Assembly: GCA_043825735.1 (NCBI GenBank)
Contig: JBDRRP010000093.1
Span: 124,001-184,826 of the forward strand
From: Pseudomonadota bacterium
GTDB taxonomy: Bacteria; Desulfobacterota; Desulfobacteria; Desulfobacterales; JBDRRP01
Reading direction: 5' to 3'
DNA length: 60,826 nucleotides
Below are positions 1 to 7,357 of this stretch, piece by piece. The position numbers were made by a program, and so were the translations under genes. The notes beneath the pieces were generated by a model. That model was not told where the DNA came from, searched no databases, and saw only the letters and a list, made by a program, of their open reading frames with translations. How positions within the stretch are numbered: the stretch's first letter is position 1; every line of letters starts with the position of its first letter.

Positions 1-57
1 GCGTACATCGAAAAATACGGGGACGAGCGCGCGCGCCTGCAGCCCCGTAGAGACTAG
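1..57 (+). CDS. 3' end of an unidentified gene entering from the left edge
   Basis: Frame 1 reads AYIEKYGDERARLQPRRD* (TAG 55-57) with GC-rich third positions and is followed by intergenic repeats. Too short to identify. Confidence 0.35.
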   Translation, partial: AYIEKYGDERARLQPRRD

Positions 58-88
58 TGGCGCTTCATAGAGAAGCGAAAAATAAATT

Positions 89-203
89 CCTCGCGCAGAG
101 ACGCAAAGACGCTGAGAACTGATGACGCTGAATGGTTCACCACGAAGAACACGAACAATTGGTGTGATCTTTGCCGATTGCAGGAGGGGAACCCCTCCCC
201 TAC
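89..203. repeat. Cluster of REP-like remnants: 9-bp-unit arms and a small hairpin
   Basis: TCGCGCAGAGACGCAAAGACGCTGAGAACT (91-120) nearly matches 1297-1326. TTCACCACGAAGAACACGAAC (136-156) is an arm of the CACGAAG family. GGAGGGG-AA-CCCCTCC (183-198) is a perfect inverted repeat. Confidence 0.65.
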
Positions 204-287
204 GAAACAGTCGGAACACCAGCTTGAGGGTCGTGCATAACCAGATTAATGACATTTGCGATAGCGTGCCGGAGTAAAGGGAGGACC

Positions 288-1157
288 ATGCCTCAGACAA
301 ACCGATACGAGACGGCTGAAGCGGGCGATCGCTACCATGACTTCTGCCTTTGGCCATATATGCCCATCGGTTCCTGTGCGGGCAAACTGAGATCGTCCGG
401 CCTGCTGTTTCACTCCTTTGCGGCGGCCGGCATGCCCGATCGGGTTTACGAACTGATCGGCGCCATCCGCAACGGTTTCGGTGTATCGAACACGGTCTGG
501 GGCGTGAAACTCGTAGGCGGCGCACTGCGCTGGGAGTTCTACTTCTACGATTACCGCAGAAATGACCGGGAGCGTTCCATGACGCGGCTCCTGGAATTGA
601 TCCGGCCGCTGGTCGCCTGCGACATTCCGGTCAACGAAAACCATCACTACTTCATGTTTTCCATCGACATCACCACGGATCTGATGGCTAAAAGCGGCGC
701 TCTCGAGGAGATCCACATGTATATCGGCAACCCGGGCAGCACGGTCTCGTCCGGGATCTGCTACGCCCTCACCGGCGGCCCGCCGCGCCTGGAGAACATC
801 TACTATTTTTTCGATGCCGAAACGCAGGCCGACGATATTAGCGCCAAAATCGTCTGCTCTTCACACATAGACACCACACACATCGCTCCGGAAGAGATCC
901 TCTGGCCCGAGATGACAGGGTGCCGGGTCATCGTGGTCGCCAACAAACCGGAAAACGATGCCGTCTATTTTTCGGGCATCGACGTGGGACAACTCCTTTT
1001 CTTTCTCAGGAGAATGGGCTATCCGTCCGCGGTCGTCTCTTTTATCGAGGAAAACCGCCCCCGTCTCGACCACCTGCGTTACGATGTTGGGTTCGACTAC
1101 CGGATGGAGAACGGTTCTCTGGCCATTCTGAAAAGCGGGTTTTACGGAATCTTTTAG
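288..1157 (+). CDS. Hypothetical protein (~289 aa), possibly an ABBA/PT-barrel-like alpha/beta fold
   Basis: Clean ORF; ATG 288 follows AAGGGAGG (the ORF track starts at 249). Alternating helices and aromatic-rich beta-hairpins. No family recognised with confidence. Confidence 0.8.
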   Translation: MPQTNRYETAEAGDRYHDFCLWPYMPIGSCAGKLRSSGLLFHSFAAAGMPDRVYELIGAIRNGFGVSNTVWGVKLVGGALRWEFYFYDYRRNDRERSMTRLLELIRPLVACDIPVNENHHYFMFSIDITTDLMAKSGALEEIHMYIGNPGSTVSSGICYALTGGPPRLENIYYFFDAETQADDISAKIVCSSHIDTTHIAPEEILWPEMTGCRVIVVANKPENDAVYFSGIDVGQLLFFLRRMGYPSAVVSFIEENRPRLDHLRYDVGFDYRMENGSLAILKSGFYGIF

Positions 1158-1184
1158 AATTGGTCTTTTCCCAAAGTGATGTTG

Positions 1185-1376
1185 AACCACGGAGTCACGG
1201 AGGACACGGAGATTTTATATACAAAATCAAACGCTTTTGATTTTCTCCGTGCACGCCGTGACTCCGTATTGATAACAATGGCTCTAAACTGCATTCTCGC
1301 GCAGAGGCGCAAAGACGCAGAGAACTTCAATACAACGAGATCCCCTTCGCGCACTTCGTGTGCTTCGTGGTTCACA
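1185..1376. repeat. Compound intergenic palindromic repeats built from 9-bp units
   Basis: AACCACGGAGTCACGGAGGACACGGAG (1185-1211) is inverted against CTCCGTGCACGCCGTGACTCCGT (1245-1267). A CGCAGAG-type arm lies at ~1294-1326 and a CTTCGTG-type arm at 1345-1376. Sits between convergent genes. Confidence 0.8.
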
Positions 1377-1400
1377 TTACATAAAAGCGAGGGCCGGAAA

Positions 1401-2138
1401 TCACTTGATGGGAAACACGACCCGGCATTTCAAACCGGCCGGCAGGGCATCGTTGGGGTTGGGCAGCTCCAGCCGCACCCCGAAGGTCCCGCTGGCCGCA
1501 TCGACCACCCGGTCCACGATGATCACGCGGGCGCTGTAGGCGCGCGCCGTGTAGGTTTCAGGCTGCACGTCCGCGGTCATCCCGACCGTAATCTTTCCAA
1601 AAAATTCGACCGGTACGATGACTTCCACAAACAGGGGCGTGAGCCGCACGATTTTCACAATCGGGTCTTCACCGACGTATTCGCCGGGCGACAGGAAGCG
1701 CTCCACCACCACGCCCTCGATGGGGCTGCGGATGGTGCGGATGGCCAGTTTTTCCCGGGCCTCCCGGAGTTGGAGTTCGGCAATCCGGAATTCCGTTTCC
1801 AGCTCGTCCTTGTCGTTGACGGAAATGAGTTTCTTTCGGGACAATTCTTCGTTGCGGGCGACTTTGCGCTTGCCGAATTCCATCCGTGCGGCCGCCAGAT
1901 CCACCGCAGCGGTTTCGCTCTCGGAATGAAGACTGGCAATGATCTGCCCCGCCGCTATCCGGTCACCGCGCTCAACGGATATCGCTTCCAGGATTCCGGG
2001 CACCTGACTGCTGACGTTGACGACCGCACTCGGCTCGATAAACCCTTCAAAGGATCGCCCCGGCTGGGCATTGGCGCCCTGGGCCCCAAAAGCGATCAGC
2101 AGTGCTGCGCAAAGGCAGCAGCGAACGATGGACAGCAT
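1401..2138 (-). CDS. Periplasmic adaptor / membrane fusion protein (HlyD/RND type) with signal peptide
   Basis: Lipoyl halves VSSQVPGILEAISVERGDRI and IRSPIEGVVVERFLSPGEYV, a short coiled hairpin and VVDAASGTFGVRLELPNP. ATG 2138 follows GGGGAAGGAAG and opens a signal peptide ending ANA-Q. The ORF-track extension to 2210 runs into a repeat. Confidence 0.88.
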   Translation of the reverse strand: MLSIVRCCLCAALLIAFGAQGANAQPGRSFEGFIEPSAVVNVSSQVPGILEAISVERGDRIAAGQIIASLHSESETAAVDLAAARMEFGKRKVARNEELSRKKLISVNDKDELETEFRIAELQLREAREKLAIRTIRSPIEGVVVERFLSPGEYVGEDPIVKIVRLTPLFVEVIVPVEFFGKITVGMTADVQPETYTARAYSARVIIVDRVVDAASGTFGVRLELPNPNDALPAGLKCRVVFPIK

Positions 2139-2184
2139 AAATCTTCCTTCCCCAGAAATGGCTTCAAATCTTGATGACAATGTT

Positions 2185-2275
2185 ATCACCACGAAGTTCA
2201 CGAAGAGCACGAAGGTTTTCTACCACACTTGTTTTCAGGTTTTCTTCGTGCACTTCGTGGCCTTCGTGGTTCACA
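2185..2275. repeat. Palindromic REP/MITE-like element, (CACGAAG-nn)3 ... (CTTCGTG-nn)3
   Basis: ATCACCACGAAGTTCACGAAGAGCACGAAG ... CTTCGTGCACTTCGTGGCCTTCGTGGTTCA. Its reverse complement closely matches 52703-52788, including part of the spacer. Confidence 0.85.
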
Positions 2276-2341
2276 CGCAGTGCTCCGGATAAAGTCAACT
2301 TTAGAATTGTGTATAACCGTAAACGTTTTTTAAGATCGTTT

Positions 2342-4336
2342 CTACTCTGATCGGCCGGAAAAGGACAGCATATCGCCCCGGCGTGCATCCTCGCCAAGCA
2401 GTGCTTTCCGGATTTTCGCATGCATCCGTTCCACTTTTTTCTGGGCATTCAAAATGGCGCGCCTGGCCAGCCAGCGCCACAGCGGGGAACCGTTTCCGTC
2501 GACCCGCCGGGCCAGCCACCCGGAAAGTCCGCCCCGGCCGCCCTCCAGGATCGGGTCCTGAAGGGAGACAAAGGCCTCAAAGCTTCCCGGATCGCCCAGG
2601 CGGCCGCAGCGCCCGGCCAACTGCCGGTCGATCCGCCCCGCCTCGTGGCGCTCGGTGAGAATCACGTGCAGTCCGCCGCGGTCCACCACACCCGGACCCA
2701 GATGGATATCGGTCCCCCGCCCGGCCATATTGGTGGCGATGGTGACGGCCCCGGTCTCTCCGGCGCGGGAAATGATCCCGGCCTCCTCCTGATCCTGCTT
2801 GGCGTTGAGCATCTGGTGGGCCAACCCCATGGCGCCGAGCTTCCGGGCAGCGGTTTCAGAAGCGGCGACGGAGCGCGTGCCCACCAGGATCGGGCGCCGC
2901 GTACCATGGATCTCGCGGACCCGCTCGGTCACCGCTTTCCATTTTTCCGCTTCCGTGGAAAAAATCCGGTCGGGATAGGCCTTTCGCTGCATCTTCCGAT
3001 AGGTGGGAATGGGAAAAACGCTCAGACCGTAGGTGCGCCACAGTTCGCGGCGCACTTCCCTGGCGGTCCCCGTCATGCCGGCCAGGATAAGATACCGCTT
3101 GAAGAAACGCTGGTAACTGATGCGGGCCTGCGTCTCCGGCGGCAGCGTCATCTCGCAGCCTTCCTTGACCTCCAGCAGTTGCTGAAGCCCGCGCTCATAA
3201 GAACGATCCGCCATGACCCGGCCGGTGAATTCGTCGACAATCTGGATTTTCCCCTCACGCACCAGGTAGTGCTCGTCCCGGCGGAACAGATGCCGTGCCG
3301 TGAGGGCCATGCGCACGATCTCCGCCCTTCGGACGTCTCCGGTCCACAAGGGGCCCAGCGGTTTGGCCCATTCACGGATCTGCTGTGCGCCGGCGGGGGT
3401 CAGCGTCACCGACCGGGCGCCCAGATCCACCCGAAAATGCGGCCCCGGCGTGCACCGGTCCGCCAGCTCCAGGGCCTGGGCCATGAAAATGTGCTCCTCG
3501 CGCCCGCCCGCGGCTCTGGAAATGATCAGCGGTGTTCGCGCCTCGTCGATGAGCACGCTGTCGGCCTCGTCGACGATGCCGAAATGCAGCCCCCTGAGCA
3601 GCAGCCGGTCGGTGCGCCCGGCCGCCCCATAAAGCTGCTCCGCCTGCAGTCTCAAACGGTTGGGCCGTCCCTCCAGGACAATCCAGTCCCGGAGGTAATC
3701 AAAGGCGATCTCCTTGTTGGTGCAATAGCACACATCCGCGCCGTAGGCATCACGCCGGGCGGCCGGGGCCTTGCCGTGGACCACGCAGGCGACCGTGAGC
3801 CCGAGAGCCCGGTACACGGGTCCCATCAGATCGGCATCGCGCCCGGTCAGGTAGTCGTTGACCGTAATGACGTGGACCGGGATACCGGCCAGGGCGGCGG
3901 TTCCGGCAGCCAGGGTGGCCGTGAGGGTCTTGCCCTCGCCGGTTTCCATCTCCGCCACCATCCCCTTGAGAAGTACTCTGCCGCCGCAAATCTGGGTGTC
4001 GAAGTGGCGCTTGCCGAGGGTTCGTGAAGCGATCTCACGGATCAGGGCGAACGCGCGGCTCACATGATCGTCGCGCAGCCCGTCGCGGTGCAGCGCCCCC
4101 CGCAGACGGCGCGTTTCCGCACTCAACGCGCCCTCCGTTGCCGCGGCCAGCACTTTCCCGTGCCCGTCGACCGTCGATATGAAACCGGCCATCCAGGCGC
4201 GCCGCCGGTGGGCCAGTCGGAGAACACCGGCCGCGGCCTGGCCGGCCAGGCGATCCAGAAAACCGGCCTCGTCATCCGCGCGTTCAGGGCGAAGCACGCA
4301 GGTGGCGGGCGGCAGCGCGGTGATATCCGTCGGCAT
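2342..4336 (-). CDS. Secondary SecA-like DEAD-motor ATPase (SecA_DEAD + cross-linking domain + NBD2), C-terminally truncated
   Basis: Motifs EMETGEGKT, VHVITVNDYL, IVDEADSVLIDEARTPLIIS, LAGMTGTA, TNMAGRGTDI and RIDRQLAGRCGRLGDPG. Only 664 aa; it stops early in the scaffold helix, with no wing domain, two-helix finger or zinc tail. Confidence 0.92.
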   Translation of the reverse strand: MPTDITALPPATCVLRPERADDEAGFLDRLAGQAAAGVLRLAHRRRAWMAGFISTVDGHGKVLAAATEGALSAETRRLRGALHRDGLRDDHVSRAFALIREIASRTLGKRHFDTQICGGRVLLKGMVAEMETGEGKTLTATLAAGTAALAGIPVHVITVNDYLTGRDADLMGPVYRALGLTVACVVHGKAPAARRDAYGADVCYCTNKEIAFDYLRDWIVLEGRPNRLRLQAEQLYGAAGRTDRLLLRGLHFGIVDEADSVLIDEARTPLIISRAAGGREEHIFMAQALELADRCTPGPHFRVDLGARSVTLTPAGAQQIREWAKPLGPLWTGDVRRAEIVRMALTARHLFRRDEHYLVREGKIQIVDEFTGRVMADRSYERGLQQLLEVKEGCEMTLPPETQARISYQRFFKRYLILAGMTGTAREVRRELWRTYGLSVFPIPTYRKMQRKAYPDRIFSTEAEKWKAVTERVREIHGTRRPILVGTRSVAASETAARKLGAMGLAHQMLNAKQDQEEAGIISRAGETGAVTIATNMAGRGTDIHLGPGVVDRGGLHVILTERHEAGRIDRQLAGRCGRLGDPGSFEAFVSLQDPILEGGRGGLSGWLARRVDGNGSPLWRWLARRAILNAQKKVERMHAKIRKALLGEDARRGDMLSFSGRSE

Positions 4337-4380
4337 GATCGTCTACCTCAAATTGAGCAATGGCCCCGTGAAAACACTGA

Positions 4381-4467
4381 ATCACCACGGAGGCACGGAG
4401 GGCACGGAGAAATTCAAAAAGAGTTGATTTTAAATGTAAAATCTCCGTGTGCTCCGTGACTGGTTCA
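4381..4467. repeat. Palindromic REP-like element (CACGGAG family)
   Basis: ATCACCACGGAGGCACGGAGGGCACGGAGA, AT-rich spacer, then TCTCCGTGTGCTCCGTGACTGGTTCA. Same family as 1185-1267. Confidence 0.8.
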
Positions 4468-4488
4468 AAAACGCTTTTAACAGTTTCA

Positions 4489-6633
4489 TCAGACATTGAA
4501 CTGGCTCAGCAGCGTCCTTCGAATGCTTCGATAGAGGCGATACGCCAGCGGCTCGGGATCGTGTTCGAACCGCACGTAGACGCGCTCGCCGATCGCCCCG
4601 CGGGTGAGGCCCGCAATGTGCACCTCGAAGTGGAACAAATTCTCAAAGGCCTTTGGCGTCTTATTCTCTCGCGGATCCAGGGCCAGCGCGCCGCCGCCTT
4701 CCAGACTGAGGGCAAGGCTGGGAAGATCCGCCGATGCGGCCGGAACCTCCCGGATCACCTGGGCCGGTAGCTCCCGGCCGATCGCCCCCGCCCGCATGGC
4801 AGAGACCCTGCGGGTATGGCGCCGCACCTGATCCACGCTCCCCTGCGGCACGACGATCCGCGCAGTCACCTGGGAAAAATCGACAATGGTCCCCAACGTC
4901 ATACCCCGCCGGGCAAAACGCCGGGGCCAATCCTCCGGATGCGATATAAAAAACACGCCGGCCGATGGGCTCCGAATGTTCAGATGCTCCTTTTCCTGCA
5001 TTTTTTCGTCAAGTTCGGCGCGGATTCGCGCGACCTCGTCGGCGAGAATGTCGGCCTCGATGCGATCCAGCGTAACGCTGAGCCGCTGGCGGGCCTCGTA
5101 CTCGCGCAACTGCGCGGCAAGCACGGCGGCTTCCGCATCCAGCTCGGGGTTGTCGCAGGCAATGAGCAGCGCCCCGGCAGGCACCGGCTGCCCCGCCGCG
5201 GCGGCGATCCGCTGGACAAAACCGTCACTGCCGGCAACGACCTGGGAAAATGCCGGCGTCCACAGCACGCCTTCGACCACGGTAAAGGAGGGCACGGGCA
5301 GCGCCAGCAGCATCAGGATCAGGGCGGCCGCCGATCCGCCCACGATGGCGAGCACGCGCCCCCGCCGGCGCTGCATGGCCAGATCGGTAACCGCATGATG
5401 GCAGAGCTGATACAGCGGCAGCACCAGCACGCTGAAAAGCCCCCACGCGGCGAGCCCCACACCGACGGCAAAAAATTTGCCGGCCACGTACATGGCGATC
5501 CGGATCATGATGAAAAGGCGGTAGACAAACGCTGCGATCCCGTAAAATGCCAGCCATGGAGCCTCTCCGTCGGCAGTCGCCGGGCTCTTTACCTCGTCGA
5601 TACCGACCAGGTAGCGTTTGAAAAGATACCCGACATACTGGTTTGCACGCCCCGCGAGATTCGGAATCTCAAGAAAATCCGAGAAAACATAATAGGCGTC
5701 AAAACGAAGCAGCGGGTTGCCGTTGAAAAAAAGGGTCGACACCCCGGCGATCACGATCACGTTGAAAGCGAGCGCCCGAACCGCGCCCGGTTCCACGGCC
5801 ACCCACACCCACATCGCCAGCGCGGCAAGAAACATTTCGGTCAGAATGCCGGCGCCGCCGACGGCCATGCGCCGGTATTTACCCGGAAACGCGGAAGAGG
5901 CGGTGGCGTCAACATAGGGGACCGGCATGAATACCAGCAGCATGATGCCCATATCGTGGACCTCCCCGCCCCAGCGCTTGACGGTGTAGGCATGGCCGAA
6001 CTCGTGAAGGGCTTTGATGACCGGATAGGCCAGCCAGAGCAGAAAGAGGTTTTCAAGGGCGAACACCCGATCGGCCAGGCCGGCCGTCAGCGCCTCCCAG
6101 TGAATACCGGCAAGCATCAGGGCGGAGACGACGGCCAGCGTCCAGAGCGTCAGCCCGAGCCAGCCGAACAGGGGACGCACCAGAAACTGCGTGTCGGAAA
6201 GAAACCGGTCCGGATCGAACAGGGGGATCCGGATGGCAAACGGCGATTTGAGCTGCCCGACGAGGCGGTTTCGCTTTTCGAGCTGATGGCGGCGGTGCAG
6301 ATCGGCGATGTCCGGAGGCATGTCGGATTGAAGCACATCGGCCTGGTAGAGCTGGGAGAGCAGCCGGATCACCTCTTCCTGGGTGGGCATGTCGTCGCCG
6401 AGCCGGGCGCAGGCGGCCTCCCAGATCTCGTTCAGGGCGCGCCGGCCGTCCATGAGCCCGATGATGGCATAGGCCTCCCCGGAAAACCGGTGGCAGCGGC
6501 CGGAAGCATGATCCTCCAGTACGTACCAGTCGGTGCCGCGGTAGGTGTGGCGATGAATCTGGGCGTGGCTCCGCAGCCGCGGCTTCAAGTCCGCCACCCG
6601 GTACCACGACTCGCTGAAAAGAGATTCCGCCAT
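4489..6633 (-). CDS. PqqD/RRE-like domain + M50 (site-2) membrane metallopeptidase + HlyD-like adaptor fusion
   Basis: N-terminal WYVLEDHASGRCHRFSGEAYAIIGLMDGRRALNEIW...VIRLLSQLYQADVL (winged-helix PqqD-like). HEFGH zinc motif and NGNPLLRFDAYY among several TM helices. C-terminal lipoyl/coiled-coil MFP region (IRSPSAGVF). Likely start ATG 6633. Confidence 0.88.
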   Translation of the reverse strand: MAESLFSESWYRVADLKPRLRSHAQIHRHTYRGTDWYVLEDHASGRCHRFSGEAYAIIGLMDGRRALNEIWEAACARLGDDMPTQEEVIRLLSQLYQADVLQSDMPPDIADLHRRHQLEKRNRLVGQLKSPFAIRIPLFDPDRFLSDTQFLVRPLFGWLGLTLWTLAVVSALMLAGIHWEALTAGLADRVFALENLFLLWLAYPVIKALHEFGHAYTVKRWGGEVHDMGIMLLVFMPVPYVDATASSAFPGKYRRMAVGGAGILTEMFLAALAMWVWVAVEPGAVRALAFNVIVIAGVSTLFFNGNPLLRFDAYYVFSDFLEIPNLAGRANQYVGYLFKRYLVGIDEVKSPATADGEAPWLAFYGIAAFVYRLFIMIRIAMYVAGKFFAVGVGLAAWGLFSVLVLPLYQLCHHAVTDLAMQRRRGRVLAIVGGSAAALILMLLALPVPSFTVVEGVLWTPAFSQVVAGSDGFVQRIAAAAGQPVPAGALLIACDNPELDAEAAVLAAQLREYEARQRLSVTLDRIEADILADEVARIRAELDEKMQEKEHLNIRSPSAGVFFISHPEDWPRRFARRGMTLGTIVDFSQVTARIVVPQGSVDQVRRHTRRVSAMRAGAIGRELPAQVIREVPAASADLPSLALSLEGGGALALDPRENKTPKAFENLFHFEVHIAGLTRGAIGERVYVRFEHDPEPLAYRLYRSIRRTLLSQFNV

Positions 6634-6649
6634 AATGTAAAAAACCCGA

Positions 6650-6678
6650 TTCACCGCAGAGGCGCAGAGCGCGCAGAG
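6650..6678. repeat. Single arm of the CGCAGAG 9-bp-unit repeat
   Basis: TTCACCGCAGAGGCGCAGAGCGCGCAGAG; related to 91-120 and 1297-1326. Confidence 0.65.
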
Positions 6679-6754
6679 GGAACTATTAATAAACGGGACT
6701 ATATAGAGCTATTGACATAAATACGTTCCGTTTCCACAACAACGCCGTGTGAGC

Positions 6755-6829
6755 ATCGAAATCGAAATCGGTATCGCTATCGGCCTTGGAACACATCGAT
6801 TTCGATCCCGATATCGATCCCGACCCCGA
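6755..6829. repeat. Hexamer-unit palindromic repeat, (ATCGnn)n ... (CGATnn)n
   Basis: ATCGAAATCGAAATCGGTATCGCTATCGG faces CGATTTCGATCCCGATATCGATCCCGACCCCGA. Confidence 0.75.
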
Positions 6830-7209
6830 GAGGATCTCCGGGATGAAACGGAACATTATTCTGGCAATTACGCTACCATTCAATTTTCCGGGCCAGCGCC
6901 TCAGTTCATGGTGAAAAGGCGGCGCAGGTATTCTCTTTTTCGGCCCCGTTGTCTTCAACCGATCGCGCAAAGCACCCGGCTGCCGCAGCGTGATCGGACC
7001 CGGCGCAACGAATTGGCGGCATGAACTGCGGCGTGGGTCGGCTGCCGACGGTCGAATCCTTTTCCCCTGCGCCGGCGGTCTTGTTTAGCCGCCTTGTGGG
7101 GCGGGGCCGAAAAAGAGGATATCTGCGGCGCCGACAAGTGCCGGACGTTTCGCCTGGAACCCTGCGCGCAGCGCAGGGTTTCTAAGGCAAAGATGCCGTC
7201 TCTGGAGTC

Positions 7210-7357
7210 AGTGTCCATTCAGAGGCGGTAGATTTTGGTTCCTGGCAAGGCCCGAGCACTTTTGGCACCGCAGGCGTAGCGGCAGCTACGTTGAGGATGA
7301 CAAAAGGTGCGAGTACGCCGCCAGGGGCCAAAAGATGCCGCCGCTGGATGGACACTA
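7210..7357. mobile_element. MITE-like element (~148 bp) with ~37-bp imperfect terminal inverted repeats
   Basis: AGTGTCCATTCAGAGGCGGTAGATTTTGGTTCCTGGC ... GCCAGGGGCCAAAAGATGCCGCCGCTGGATGGACACT(A), with a central hairpin CGTAGC-GGCA-GCTACG. No coding capacity. Confidence 0.75.

Noticed and set aside
1185..2275. CRISPR array interpretation of the short repeats
   Set aside because: Units are 9-bp tandem/inverted arms without unique spacers, and there are no cas genes in the window.
2342..4336. Calling this the housekeeping secA or a secA pseudogene
   Set aside because: It lacks the C-terminal domains but has intact motifs, a clean stop, no downstream secA remnant and an accessory operon context.
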